Origin: Octopus sinensis | Lineage: Eukaryota | Reading direction: 5' to 3' | Length of the DNA: 64,000 nucleotides | Assembly (NCBI RefSeq): GCF_006345805.1 | Contig: NC_043008.1 | Location: 58,094,001-58,158,000, forward strand | Shown here: positions 39,238 through 52,056 of the stretch, piece after piece | How positions within the stretch are numbered: position 1 is the first letter of the stretch | Layout: each line of letters opens with the position of its first letter | The notes under the pieces: model-generated | The model's database searches: none | Seen by the model: only the letters and a program-made list of their open reading frames with translations | Told to the model about the DNA's origin: nothing | Program-made: the position numbers and the translations under genes

Positions 39238-39536
39238 ATAGAGTGGTTGTATACTGTCAACTTAGCGTGACAGTCCCGTAAAGGGAATTACACCACCGCT
39301 ATTTAGCCCTAGCTATTTAGCCCATGACTGATGATGGGCAAGACCCAGAAACATACATGTCTCTAGATGCAGGCCTAGCTGTTGGGAGTGTTTGTCTCCC
39401 CTTCGTAAATATATAAGGACACAGGAAATGTGTCAAGGCCGACAGGAAGCGTCGATGCTTCCTAGGGCTAAACAGCGGTGGTGAAATTCCCTTACGGGAC
39501 TGTCACGTTAAGTTGACAATTATACAACCACTCTAT
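39238..39536. mobile_element. Penelope-like fold-back element with about 75-bp inverted termini
   Basis: ATAGAGTGGTTGTATA..TGTCAACTTA.CGTGACAGTCCCGTAA..GGGAATT.CACCACCGCT.TTTAGCCCTAG inverted at both ends. Confidence 0.7.
39323..39366 (+). ncRNA. Type I hammerhead ribozyme motif, predicted cleavage after 39361
   Basis: CAUGA-CUGAUGA-UGGG caaga CCCA-GAA-ACAU ac AUGU-C^UCUAG; canonical core and GUC triplet. Confidence 0.7.
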
Positions 39537-40016
39537 CGCTCCACCACCGCACATATCTCTATGAGATATTTAGAAATTTAATATTTCGGAATATATATAT
39601 ATCTACCAATAAACACTTTGAAAGGGTGAAAAAAAAAAGAAAAAAGAAAAAGAAAAAACAGGGGGTTGGGCACATATCCCAGAACAACGCGATGGCCAGT
39701 GACACTTGCAGCCGTTATCCATATTTTGCGATCGGCACAAACTGATAGCGGCTGGCCAGACCCCTATATTTACTGTTCTTTAATCTTATATTTTTTTTTT
39801 ATCTTTTACTTGTTTCAGCCATTAAACTGCGGCCAAGTTGGGGAAACCCCCTTGAAGAAATTTAGTCAAACGAATCGACCCAAGCACTTAATTTTTTAAA
39901 AGCCCAGTACTTATTCTATCGGTCACTTTTGTCGAACCGCTACCTACGGAGACGTAAACACACGAACAGCGATTGTCAAGTAGTGGTGGACGCACACACA
40001 CACACACACAAACAAA

Positions 40017-40056
<40 letters not shown>

Positions 40057-40066
40057 TATAGATATA

Positions 40067-40577
40067 CCGTAAATCCTCGAGTATAATCCGCATTTCTCCC
40101 CAAAAATTTAAAGGTCAAAATCCCTAGTGCGTACTATATACGAGGTTAAAAATGAAAATTATTTTCTAAGCAATGTCCGAGTCTCTATTTGCTGTCCGGC
40201 AATGTTTATTCAGACACATTTTGTGATATCGTGTGCGAAAATACCTTAAGCTAAGCCTGAAAGCAATGAAGTCATAAAAGAATCATCCATAACTTGCAGT
40301 AAGCAACATTTATTAAACTTTATTACTGTTATTTCTTTATTTTCTGCAAACAAAATGCACAAAAAAGCTACACGTTTGCATTATGTTATATATACAATAA
40401 TAATAAAGGACGTTACCGTATACAGTTTTACAAACCAAGGACGTTATATAGACCTCCTTGACTCAAGTTAGAAAAAGGGTGCGTATTATACACAAGGTTT
40501 AAGTTTTTCAGATGTACAGCCCCCTAAAAATCCCTGCGTATTATACTCAAGGGCGGACTATACTCGAGGATTTATGG
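40067..40577. mobile_element. Tc2/pogo-like MITE nested in a family A SINE (about 39803-40910)
   Basis: TA|CCGTAAATCCTCGAGTATAATCCGC ... GCGGACTATACTCGAGGATTTATGG|TA. Confidence 0.75.
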
Positions 40578-41360
40578 TACACGACAGGCTCCTTTCAGTT
40601 TCCGTCTACCAAACCCACGCACAAAGCTTTTTATAAACCAAGGATGTTATATAGACCTCCTTGACTCAAGTTAGAGAAGGGGTGCGTATTATACACAAGG
40701 TTTAGGTTTTTCAGATGTACAGCCCCCTAAAAATCCCTGCGTATTATACTCAAGGGCGGACTATACTCGAGGATTTATGGTACACGACAGGCTCCTTTCA
40801 GTTTCTGTCTACCAAACCCACGCACAAAGCTTTAGTCAACCGAGGCTATGGTAGAAGACACTTGCTCAAGGTGTCACGCAGTGGTGCTGAACACGGAACC
40901 ATGCAGTTGGGAATCTATAATTTTTCTTTATTTCTGTTTCCGATGCGATAAAACCGCATGATTTAAAGAATTATTGTTCTCGTTCCACAGATTCAAATCA
41001 TTAGATGTCTTTATGTATCAGCGTTCGGAATTTTCAAAGATCGTTTTACCAAGTACAATACATTCCATTTTAACTATGATTAATGAGTCGAGATTTAGGT
41101 GAGTTTTCGAAATTGTATGTTGTAATTCTTCAATGTCAAAATGATTGGATTGTTTTTAATTTATTTAAGAATTTTTTTCGTAAGATATTTAGGTTTGTCT
41201 TAGATGTTGTCTTTTTCTGATGTCTAATTATTTCTTTTGTTTTCTGCGTCTGTCACTATCTCCACTTCTCTACCTACCTACCTACCTACCTACCTACCTA
41301 CCTACCTACCTATCTTTCCTACGTTTCCATCGTACTTCATATCTATCTATCTATCTATCG

Positions 41361-41448
<88 letters not shown>

Positions 41449-41623
41449 TTCTTTCTTTCTTTCCTTCTTTCTTTCTTTTTCCTTTATTTCTTTCTTTCTT
41501 TCTTCCTATCTCTCTCTCTCTTCTTTCTGAGTGTGTGTGTCTGTCTATCAATCTATTTATCTGTCTGTCTGTCTGTCTGTCTACCTACCTACCTACCTAC
41601 CTACCTACCTACCTACCTGTCTG

Positions 41624-41728
<105 letters not shown>

Positions 41729-43182
41729 TTATCTGCCTGTCTGCCTGCCTGTATGCCTGTCTGTCAAACTATCTATTTATCTATCTATCTGTCTGTCTGT
41801 CTGTTCGTCCGTCCATAGGTGTCGATATGTTTGCTAATAGCGATTCTTACGGACAAACAATACAATTGTGCATATTCATAGTGTAGGTAGTAGAGAGAAA
41901 AAACCTGACGTAATAGAGAAAATCTGACCGCAGTTTTGAAGTCAGCATGCTAATTTTAGTCTAAATCAGGAAAAAAATCGAACTTAACAGAAAATAAATT
42001 CAAAATTAAGAAAGGAATAAATGTGTTGTGAGACTACCAAATGTATTTCTAAAGACTATAGATTGTGTAAAGTACTTTAGAGTACAGACATAAGTAGGAT
42101 GAAAAGTGAAGAGTTTACCCCGGTTTAAAACTCTGACCAAAGAAGTTTTAGCTGTGGACGTCCATTCTTTTATTGTTTATCGTGGATTACATTGTCAAAT
42201 GTGACCTTCCATTTTAAAACGAGACGGCATAATTTTACGGAAAATTTGACTGCCATATCTAGCAGGCCAGCGACTACTTTTAGGCTCCTACGTTGACTTG
42301 TCATGTTATTGATGCTACTGTAGCTCACCTTTACGTTTTTCCTGTCAAACAGCTGAATAGTGGTATCTGTGACAGCTGAGAAAATATTTTCTGATCGGGT
42401 GGTGAAAATCTTAGCATGACTGTTTTACATGAATGCTGTATGATGGATTATATCTATTTTATCCTCCTAGTACTTTTAGGATGGCTACTAGTTGATCTTG
42501 GCGAGTACTTAATTTAAGATATCAACTACATACCAATACTGCTAAGTAGTTCTCTCCGGCCCAATTAAATGTGACATAATTGGAGGAAAATTATTACTCT
42601 TATCTTCTTGCGATCTTTGAGGTTAGATATTTGATATAATTTAATGAATGGTTCGATAATATGTCGATATTATATAGGATACTATAAGGTTTCTTAAAAA
42701 TCTTCGATCGGTGTTTGATCAATGTTATAATTATTATTCGTTTCCTGGTGCTGTCAGCTGTACAACTAATTTCATTAAAAATAGTTTGATATTTTGTTGA
42801 GCAAGAACAAATTTGTTAATTGAGAGATCGGTACTTTATCAAACCTGTTTATTGTGACATTTAAATTACCTTTTCCGTTTCTCAAACGCCCTTAAAAATT
42901 CCCCTGGCGTGCGTAATTATTTGCAAGTCGCTTTTGATAATAGCCATGTATGATGAAGTGGATATATTTTAAAAAGAAATACTTTTCTTTTCTCTTATTT
43001 TTTTATACTCCTATTCGTGTATAATATGATACATACATACATACATACATGCATAAATACATACATGCACATACACATACGCATATAAACATAGATATAT
43101 GATATATATTTTATATATATCATATAATATATATATATATATATAGATAGATATTATATATAATATATATACATACAATATA

Positions 43183-43626
43183 TTGGGTCATCGCATAAAT
43201 AATGCGGTTTTTTCAATTGCATGAACTAAAAGTCGGAAGGGGACGGGATTAACTACCTGCATCGACTTACTATAAAAGCAGGTAGTAATTTTACCTTGTG
43301 CTTATTCTTAGTGCAAGTTTTGAAGAGTGCAGTTCGATTTTAACAGTTATTCTTTCAATGCTATAATGGAAATGACAAAAGAGCATATTCGGCATATTTT
43401 GCTTTATAAAGGCAACAACGCAATGGAAAGTGCGATGAATATTAATGCAGTGTATGGGGATCGGAGAATAAGCGTAAGCCAGTGTCAACGGTAGTTCCAG
43501 AAGTTCCGAGCTTGAAGCTACAGCCTAGAAGACGAGCCTCGTCTTGGAAGTTCTATAGAGCTCGACGAGGATGTCTTGCAAACCCTGGCGGAAAAAAATC
43601 TCATTGTGATTGTTAAAGAACTAGCG
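43183..43626 (+). mobile_element. Mariner 5' fragment with a dead transposase N-terminus
   Basis: TIR-like TTGGGTCATCGCATAAATAATGCGG; ATG at 43366 gives MEMTKEHIRHILLY..NINAVYGD..SQCQR*FQKFR..SLEDEPR.G. Confidence 0.8.
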
Positions 43627-44231
43627 AGGCCATATACTTGAACATGTCAACCTACGTTATCGCGTCCCTCTTCCCCGATACTGTGTGGAACCGAACTGAT
43701 ATATGGGGACAATGATGAGATGATGAAAACGAAATTATTTTCCACATACAAGTCGAATTATTCTGACTAAAATTTACAGCCAAAACAAGACAGATCGACT
43801 TATACACCAGGACGACTTCGGAGGACTAAAAATTCCACGTGAAATACCACAGGACTTGGAAAAATTATGAGGATGTTTGAATGTTTATTCTACATATTTA
43901 CACGATAAACTACGTCGACTTGTATGCTAGAAAATAGGGTTCATTATCAGCGCCTGGACGAGGAGAATTCTAGCGGAGTGTACTAATGCAGGGGAAGACC
44001 GCTGTGTGTGGCGGAGAATAGGGATCGAATCTTAGGGTTCTCGGCTTACAGATCTTGAGTACCTTTTATCTCTTACTTGTTTCCGTCATAAGACTGCGGT
44101 CATGCTGCAGCACTGTCTTGAAGAATTTTTAGCCGACCTAATCTGCTCCAGTACTTATTTATTTGTTTCTCCTTTAAACCTGATACTTGTTCTATCGGTC
44201 TCTTTTGCCGAAACTGTTATTTATAGACACA

Positions 44232-44628
44232 CTAGCAGTATCTCCCGGCGTTGCTCGGGTTTGTTTTCTTTTCAACCCTTTAGAATTGGAATTTTTGAAA
44301 AGTAAAAATTTTGCATTATGTAGCATGATATTCTCTTTAAGTGAACATTTTTCTGGTTGAAATACACCGAAAAATGGTGACACACCAGTCAAAAAAATCG
44401 TAAATTATAGGGATTTTTATAGAAAAAAAGCACCTTTTTGATGTAAATAATTTTTGGTGTTAACAAGGTCCAATTTGAATTTTTTCTTCTACGGAAGGAA
44501 GAGCAAGACTTCTTCTATCATACTCTCAATTTTGGTCAACTTGCGACGCAGGGTCTCGGAGGAGATAGTGTTAGTTGAAGGCTACCAAACCTGCCATACA
44601 CAGACAACTTCAGCTTTATATATATAGA
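44232..44628 (-). mobile_element. Non-autonomous Helitron
   Basis: TC...CTAG termini, CCCG..CGGG subterminal hairpin; same family as 23454-23840. Confidence 0.8.
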
Positions 44629-45440
44629 GAGAGATTAACGAATTAATTAATCCATTCATTCATTTACATTAAATATAATTAAATAGCACAAATTTAATTA
44701 CTAATTTTTAGATCTTGCCTTGCGAAAATACAATAAAACAATGACGTACTTTACGAAGAACCCGTGTTTAATTTTTGTTTGTCCGTCGCTACGTTTTACT
44801 CACGCGCAATGGCGGACGCCGTGTTGTTCATCAACTGATTCAAATGCATAAATATTGTGTTATGTTAGCGTTTGCACAATCTTAAGACCTTTCTATTTAT
44901 TGAAGCACAATCCATATTGGCATGATTAATGAGACTAGATTTAGGTAAGTTTCCGAAATCATTGCATTTGAGTTCCTCCTGTGTGATTTAACAATTCAAA
45001 ATTCTTTTTGATTTTACTGGTTTTTTTTTGATATTTTATTAAGCAAGATTTAGTGCAACTGGGATGTTGTGTCTTGTGGCCATCTTTGCTGTGATTCCAT
45101 TTTTTTTTCACATCGACACACGCAGACACACGCACACACACATAGACAGATAGACATACACACACATAGACAGATAGACACAGACACAAACACGCGCATA
45201 TACATAAGTTTTTCTCTCTGTGTATGCATATATGCGTTCATGTATAGACACACGCATACGCATCGATCTGTCTATCGATCTGTCATTCCCTCACTATACT
45301 CTTTACTTTTACTTGTTTCAGTCATTTGACTGCGGCCATGCTGGAGCACCGCCTTTTATATACGTATACATAAACGCCTTTATATACGTATACATACATA
45401 CATACATACATACATACATAATACATACATACATATATTA

Positions 45441-45540
<100 letters not shown>

Positions 45541-45730
45541 CCGGAGTAAACACATAAATGTGAAACAAGGTGGAAAAAAGAGTACTCAAATACCAGGGGT
45601 AGAGTAATATGCTTTATTAAAAGCAGCAGAAAATTCAACAAAACCTGTTACTCTGAGTTTCACGTTCCCGTTTGTCGGAACGTGAAACTCAGTGTAACAG
45701 GTTTTGTTGAATTTTCTGCTGCTCTTAAAT
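45541..45730. mobile_element. Penelope-like remnant with a 47-bp-arm fold-back and damaged hammerhead (45644-45678, minus)
   Basis: Arms 45622-45668 and 45677-45723, 1 mismatch; minus CCGACAA-ACG GGAA CGU-GAA-ACUC A GAGU-A^ACAGG. Confidence 0.55.
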
Positions 45731-45749
45731 AGAGTATATATATATATAT

Positions 45750-45829
<80 letters not shown>

Positions 45830-45830
<1 letters not shown>

Positions 45831-45905
45831 TAGCAGTATCGCCCGGCGTTGCTCGGGTTTGTAAGGGAAATAACTAATAAGCATTTTTAGAGAGTTACTT
45901 CCCTT
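45830..45905 (-). mobile_element. Helitron 3' end fragment
   Basis: CTAGCAGTATCGCCCGGCGTTGCTCGGG; same subfamily as 50580-50864. Confidence 0.7.
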
Positions 45906-46090
45906 ATAATTCGGGCTTTCTTAGCCATTTTTGTTTTGGTGTCTTCAAGCCATGAAGTCGTTGTTCTAAAAGACTGCAGCTATGCTTGTGCACCGCCTTG
46001 AAGAGCTTTTAGTCCAGTGAATCGACTTCACTACTAATTTTTAAAGCCTGGTACTTATTCTATCAGTCTCTTTTGCCGAACCGCTAAGTT

Positions 46091-46154
<64 letters not shown>

Positions 46155-46583
46155 GGAGAGAGGAATGCACAGATAGATAGCTAAATAGATAGATAAATAG
46201 ATAGGAAGAGAGATAGGAAGACAGATAGACACGAGAAATTAAAATAGAAGGATAGAAAGACAAATAGATAGATAGGTGTATAGAGAGATGCACGGATGCA
46301 CGGGATAGATAGATAGATAAAGATAAAGGCGAATAGGTTGATAGCTTGATGGAAATATATATATATATATAGCAAATAAGAATATGGAGGCGAACAATAG
46401 GTGGTTCATCAGCTTTTGGACATTAAAATGTTAACTTATTTATTTTTTAAACGGATAATTATAATAACATACATACATATAGCATATTATTCTATGCATA
46501 TAAGAAATAAGATATAAAATATATTAATATATAAAGATACCAGTAATTTATTATAAAAAACATGAATATATATATTTATCTCG

Positions 46584-46688
<105 letters not shown>

Positions 46689-46751
46689 GAGATGGAAATA
46701 TACGTTTATGTATGTATGAGGGAGAGAGAGAAAGAGGGAGAGAGAGAGAGA

Positions 46752-46793
<42 letters not shown>

Positions 46794-47596
46794 GATCGGT
46801 AGGTAAGGAATGTGTACATGACGGTGAAAAAGTAAATGAAATTAATTTAAATTAAATTGATCGATGTATGGATAAATAGATTAAGCAAGGAGGCAAAATT
46901 GCACGATGCAGTTATAAAACACATTTAATGAAATTTTAATGAAATTTACTTAAAAACTGCCGAGTTTTTAGCACCTCCACGTTGTGGATAATTTTGTTAA
47001 TGTTAAGTGAGATACACAAAGCCATGTTTGATAACTTAGAATGCGCAACACCTCAACAGGTGGTCGGTATCACAAGCAAGATATTTCTAACGGTATGAAC
47101 GAATTGGAGAAAAAAATGCTGGATGTCACAGTAGGATGTAATAGTAGAGTCTAGCCTGTTATAAATTCTGATTCTAGGGTCACTCCTAATATGTCGGTGC
47201 CCCCCAAAGGATCGACAAAATACACAGCTTACAGGGGCAATTTTTTTATTATTTAAAAGAAAAAAAATGAAAAAAAGGGAAACGATAGCAGCGTAAAAGA
47301 ATCATTAAGCATTCAAAATTACGTAAAAATTATTAACTACGCATAAACATTTATTTTTCGGTGTCAATATTTTTGTCGCTCTAACTGCAATCACTGAGAC
47401 GATTCCGCTGTAATTTTCACGTCAAATAATGTTTAAGTGTTTTGATAATGTTAGATGAAATACACCAACGCCATGTTTAATAACCGAGAGAGCCCAACGC
47501 CTCAATTAGTGTTTAAGGATGGCGAACTAAAAACCCATGCTTCCAAGGGTGGATTATTCAAATCCCAAAGAATCCGTCTCGACACATGGCTATATA

Positions 47597-48035
47597 GTTT
47601 AAGTTAAGCTAAGTTAAGTTTTGGGCTCAAAAAGCAAAAAGCAAGGCCATGTAGGGGGACATGGAGTTATGTACAGGGAGGGTATTCATGCAAAGAATTC
47701 AGGCCTAATACCCACTACAAGTGAACTTACCAAGGGAGACTTTGAACCGAGCGGTCGTCGGCATCTTCACCATCTCGTCCGGCAGCTTATTCCACGGATC
47801 CGCAACCCGGACAGAGAAAGCCCCTCTCCTTCGATTGAGATGAAATCGTCGCAGATAGAGCTTTTCGGAGTTACCCCGCAGCCGACGCTCTGGAGCAGGA
47901 GTGAAGAACAGCCCTTTCGAGAGGTTACACTTTCCGCTTATGATGTTGTGAGCAAGAATGAGATCACCACGGCGTCATCGTTTTTCTAGAGAATAAAGGT
48001 CGAGCGTCTTCAGCCTTTCTTCATAAGACAAATGC
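47597..48035 (-). mobile_element. CR1-clade LINE 3' fragment
   Basis: Minus frame LSYEERLKTLDLYSLEKR*RRGDLI...AFSVRVADPWNKLP; (TAACT)n-like tail. Confidence 0.8.
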
Positions 48036-48124
48036 TATGATATTCCCCACCAGTGTTTGTGATCAGAGATGCACATATCATCAGCCACTTTGGGACATGC
48101 TCAGGTTTAAGTGTTTTTGAATGG

Positions 48125-48650
48125 TTAACTTGTGTTTTCCATGTTACAATCAAATTTTAACGTCCAGCCTCGTGGAGAAAACATACAAATTTATGGAACA
48201 GAACGATATTTTCCCCACTGAACAAAAAGGGTGCCAACGAGGCTCATGTGGATGCAAAGACCAACTCTTAATCATTTGTAGGATCCTTGAGAACTGTCAT
48301 AACAAGCGCAGAAATCTCAATTCCGCATGAATTAATTATAAAAAAGCCTTCGACAGCATACCGCATTTGTGGGTCTTGAAATCGTCGGATATCTTCAAAA
48401 TTTCTCCTGTGATTTCAAACTTCCTGAGGCACATGTCAGTGTGAAATACGAATTATATCACTCCAATTATATCACTCTAAAGGAATACTGATCACAAAAA
48501 AATATTAATATCAACTGCGGCATTTTCCAAGGTGACTCACTTTCACCTTTAATTTTCTGCATAGCCCTAATACCCCCTACAAGTGAACTTAACAAAACAG
48601 GGTATATATATAAAATTGGTGACAAGAAAATAAGTAATCTATTTTATATA
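48125..48650 (+). mobile_element. R4/Dong-clade LINE reverse transcriptase fragment
   Basis: EQKGCQRGSCGCKDQLLI...RNL..A*INYKKAFDSIPH and GIFQGDSLSPLIFCIAL motifs, with stops. Confidence 0.8.
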
Positions 48651-49119
48651 TCCTAGAGATAAATTTTAGAGAAAGGGGTTAGCTATTATCTTATATAGGC
48701 ACAAGATGAGAAATTTTAGAGAAAGGAGTTAGTTGATAACATCATCTCTGGTACTTTTACCGACCGCCGAAGAATGAAAGGCAGAGTTGACCTTGGAGGG
48801 ATTTGAACTCGTATCGTTAAGAGGCTTAATTAAATACCGCAAGACGTTTTCGTCCGATTCTCTAACGATTCTGCCAAAAGACGATTTCTAATGTTTAATA
48901 ATTGTTTCTTACATTTTAAGGGTTTCTCAATGACAACGGCAAGAACAACAATAAGAAGGAAACTGAATTGCGCTGGTAACTCAACCGCTTTGCTGCTGTT
49001 TTGCGAAACGGTTTCGATTCCTGCTTGAAGCTATTTTTCTGGAATTTCTACAAGAAGCAACCATGGGGTTGCTCGGTTTCTTATGCTTGTTTTTCTGTAT
49101 GTTATTGTGTTTTTATTAG

Positions 49120-49612
49120 AAATCTGTTGCAACAGCAGCAGCAGCAGCAGCAGCAACATCATCATTATCGGCAGCAACAACAGGAGCAGTACTATCATCA
49201 CGGCCACAAACTACAACCTCAACCACAACAATCTCTACCTACGGCATCGCCATCACCACCACCGTCATCATAGTGTGTAATTCATCACGAACTGAATCGC
49301 AACCAACACCATTGCACCATTACTGTCGGGATTTTTCTTTTTCGTTGAAATGGTCGGCATCGTCGGCAACGGGCTCGTGATATTCGCCGTGGTTTCGGAC
49401 CGGAAAATGAGGACTTCTGTCACTAATATGTTTATTATGAATCTGGCAGTGGCAGATCTAATCTTACTCCTGGTTGGAATACCTGACTTGGTGCAGTTCG
49501 TCCTCAATAGAGGGTGGCTCCTGAGCCTGGCCTTGTGTAAAGCCATAAGATACCTCCTGGTCGTATCTCTGTACGCATCGGTAATGACGTTGGTAGCTGT
49601 CTGCGTGGAAAG
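49120..49612 (+). CDS. Exon of a rhodopsin-class peptide GPCR (N-terminus to TM3; galanin/allatostatin-receptor-like features), apparent frameshift near 49296
   Basis: GN in TM1, TN.FI.NLAVAD in TM2, W..S..LCK, ends VCVE-R with donor AG|GTAAGC at 49612/49613 (phase 2 in ERY); acceptor TTTTTATTAG at 49119. TM1-TM3 is well supported; the 5' boundary is less certain. Confidence 0.8.
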
Positions 49613-49689
49613 GTAAGCACATACACGTTATTTTAAAGGTAATTGATTAGTGTTGCTGTTCTTAGGTGTTATTGTCTGTTTCCTTGATA

Positions 49690-49773
<84 letters not shown>

Positions 49774-49929
49774 ACGCACATAGACCAATGCACTCACACA
49801 CATATATATATGTACAGGTAGAGAAGTGATAGGATAATTAAATGGATGGAAACTGAAAAAGATGGATGACACATAAACATATGCACGCACATATATGTGT
49901 GTGTATGCGTGTGCATATATATATGTGCG

Positions 49930-49960
<31 letters not shown>

Positions 49961-50542
49961 TGTGTGTGTGTGTTGTGTGTATGGTCAATATACAGTTTAA
50001 GATCCGGTCACCAAAAAAAAAAGATCAGCCTACTAAGTGTAAAAAAATGTGTAGAAAATGAATGTGAAAAAAAAATTTGCGCAAACGAACGGAGGGGTGG
50101 GGGAGAGGACTTTCGGAAAATTCACAAGATTCGATTTTTCCTTCATGACTTTCAGAAAAATGGATATATATTGATGAAACGTTATAGAAATACTGTTCAA
50201 TTGCACAAATTACGATTATAAAGAAATTTCCGAGGAAAATGTTTTCCGGGGTGAGGAGAGGATTTTGGAAAATTCACGCGATCTGATTTTTCCCCTCATA
50301 ACTTTCAGGAAAATGGATATCTTTTAATGATATATATATGTATGTATGTATATATGTATGTATGTATCTATCTATAAATACACACACAGCGGGCTTCTTT
50401 CAGTTTCTATCTCCTAAATCCATTCGCAATGCTTTAGTCAGCCCGAGGTTATAGTAGAAGACGCTCGCTTAAGATGCCACGCTGTGGGACCGAACCTGGA
50501 GCCATATGGTTGGGAATCAAACTTCATACCACACAGAATTAT

Positions 50543-50579
<37 letters not shown>

Positions 50580-50582
<3 letters not shown>

Positions 50583-50864
50583 TTATATATAAAAGTGAAG
50601 TTGTGTGTCTGTCTCCTACAATTTAGATTCCTTACTCCCACATTTTGCGGTGCAGTTTAACCAAAAGCGGGTATCTTATAGTCGTAATTCATATCGAGCC
50701 CTTCTGGGTATTAGCGCGCGTCTACGATGAGTCTACGATTTAAAAAAAAAATTTACCATAATTTTTTCCCATTTTTTTTGCTATTATATAGGGGAAGTAA
50801 CTCTCTAAAAATGCTTATATAGTTATTTCCCTTACAACCCGAGCAACGCCGGAGATACTGCTAG
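50580..50864 (+). mobile_element. Non-autonomous Helitron (second subfamily)
   Basis: A|TC start, CCCGAGCAACGCCGG hairpin, terminal CTAG|T. Confidence 0.8.
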
Positions 50865-50882
50865 TATATATATATATATATC

Positions 50883-51118
50883 AACAATTGCAGCGTGGAT
50901 GGTGTTTGTAAGCCATTTAAGAAACACACAAAAGCCGTTCGATTCACTTCAACATTTAAGTTTAATTTGTCAAAATATTTTCGTCGCTTTAAGACCGCGA
51001 CCTGTTCCTTAAAGCGACGAAAATATTTTGATAAATTAAACTTAAATGTTGAAGTGAATCGAACGGCTTTTGTGTGTTTCTTAAATGGCTTACAAACACC
51101 ATCCACGCTGCAATTGTT
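50883..51118. repeat. Near-perfect inverted repeat, 111-bp arms, 14-nt loop
   Basis: Arms 50883-50993 and 51008-51118 with a single mismatch (G.U on +). Confidence 0.95.
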
Positions 51119-51446
51119 TTCGTTTCAGCACACGATCTCAGATCAAAATACTTGCTATGCAAGTACATCTCCGTCGGTGCCCCAGCATGGCCACAGCTCA
51201 TAAGCTGAAACTAGAATCAATCAATCAATATATATATATGATAGTGTAATAAATAAATATATGCATACATACATATATGTACGTACTACTCTACTGTAAT
51301 ATACATGTAGATGTAGGTACGTACATATATGTATAATATGTATGCATATATTTTATTTATTACACTATTGCATGACTGAGCGCCTTCGCGTCGATTCGAT
51401 TCGATTCGTTCCGTTTTTCGTTCGTTTCTTCTTCTTCTCCCAGTAC

Positions 51447-51489
<43 letters not shown>

Positions 51490-51626
51490 GGTCGTGTCTT
51501 AATGGAACGTATTTGAAAAAAAGCTTTTGTCTACACAAATATGCACGCGCGCTTGTGTGCTTGTGTGTGTGTTTGTATACAGATTTAGATATATAGCATC
51601 GTATAAATGTGTATGAAAATTTAAAA

Positions 51627-51677
<51 letters not shown>

Positions 51678-51971
51678 TCATACTACATACATATGTACGC
51701 ATATGTATACATATACATATATGTATATATATATATATATATATAGATATATATATATATATATACATATAACATATATGTATATATATAATATATAATA
51801 TATATCTATATATATAATATATATATATATACATATACACACACACACACACATATCAGAGACGTGCCCACGGAGTTATCAAATATAAATGGTAATTTAA
51901 TGCAGGAAATTCAATATACAGTTCAATAAATTGCGAAGATGTTGATGCGAAACAGTTATCTATTATCTTTT

Positions 51972-52056
<85 letters not shown>

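Noticed and set aside
50861-51203. Mirror ORFs MDGVCKPFKKH... on both strands
   Set aside because: A by-product of the 111-bp inverted repeat.
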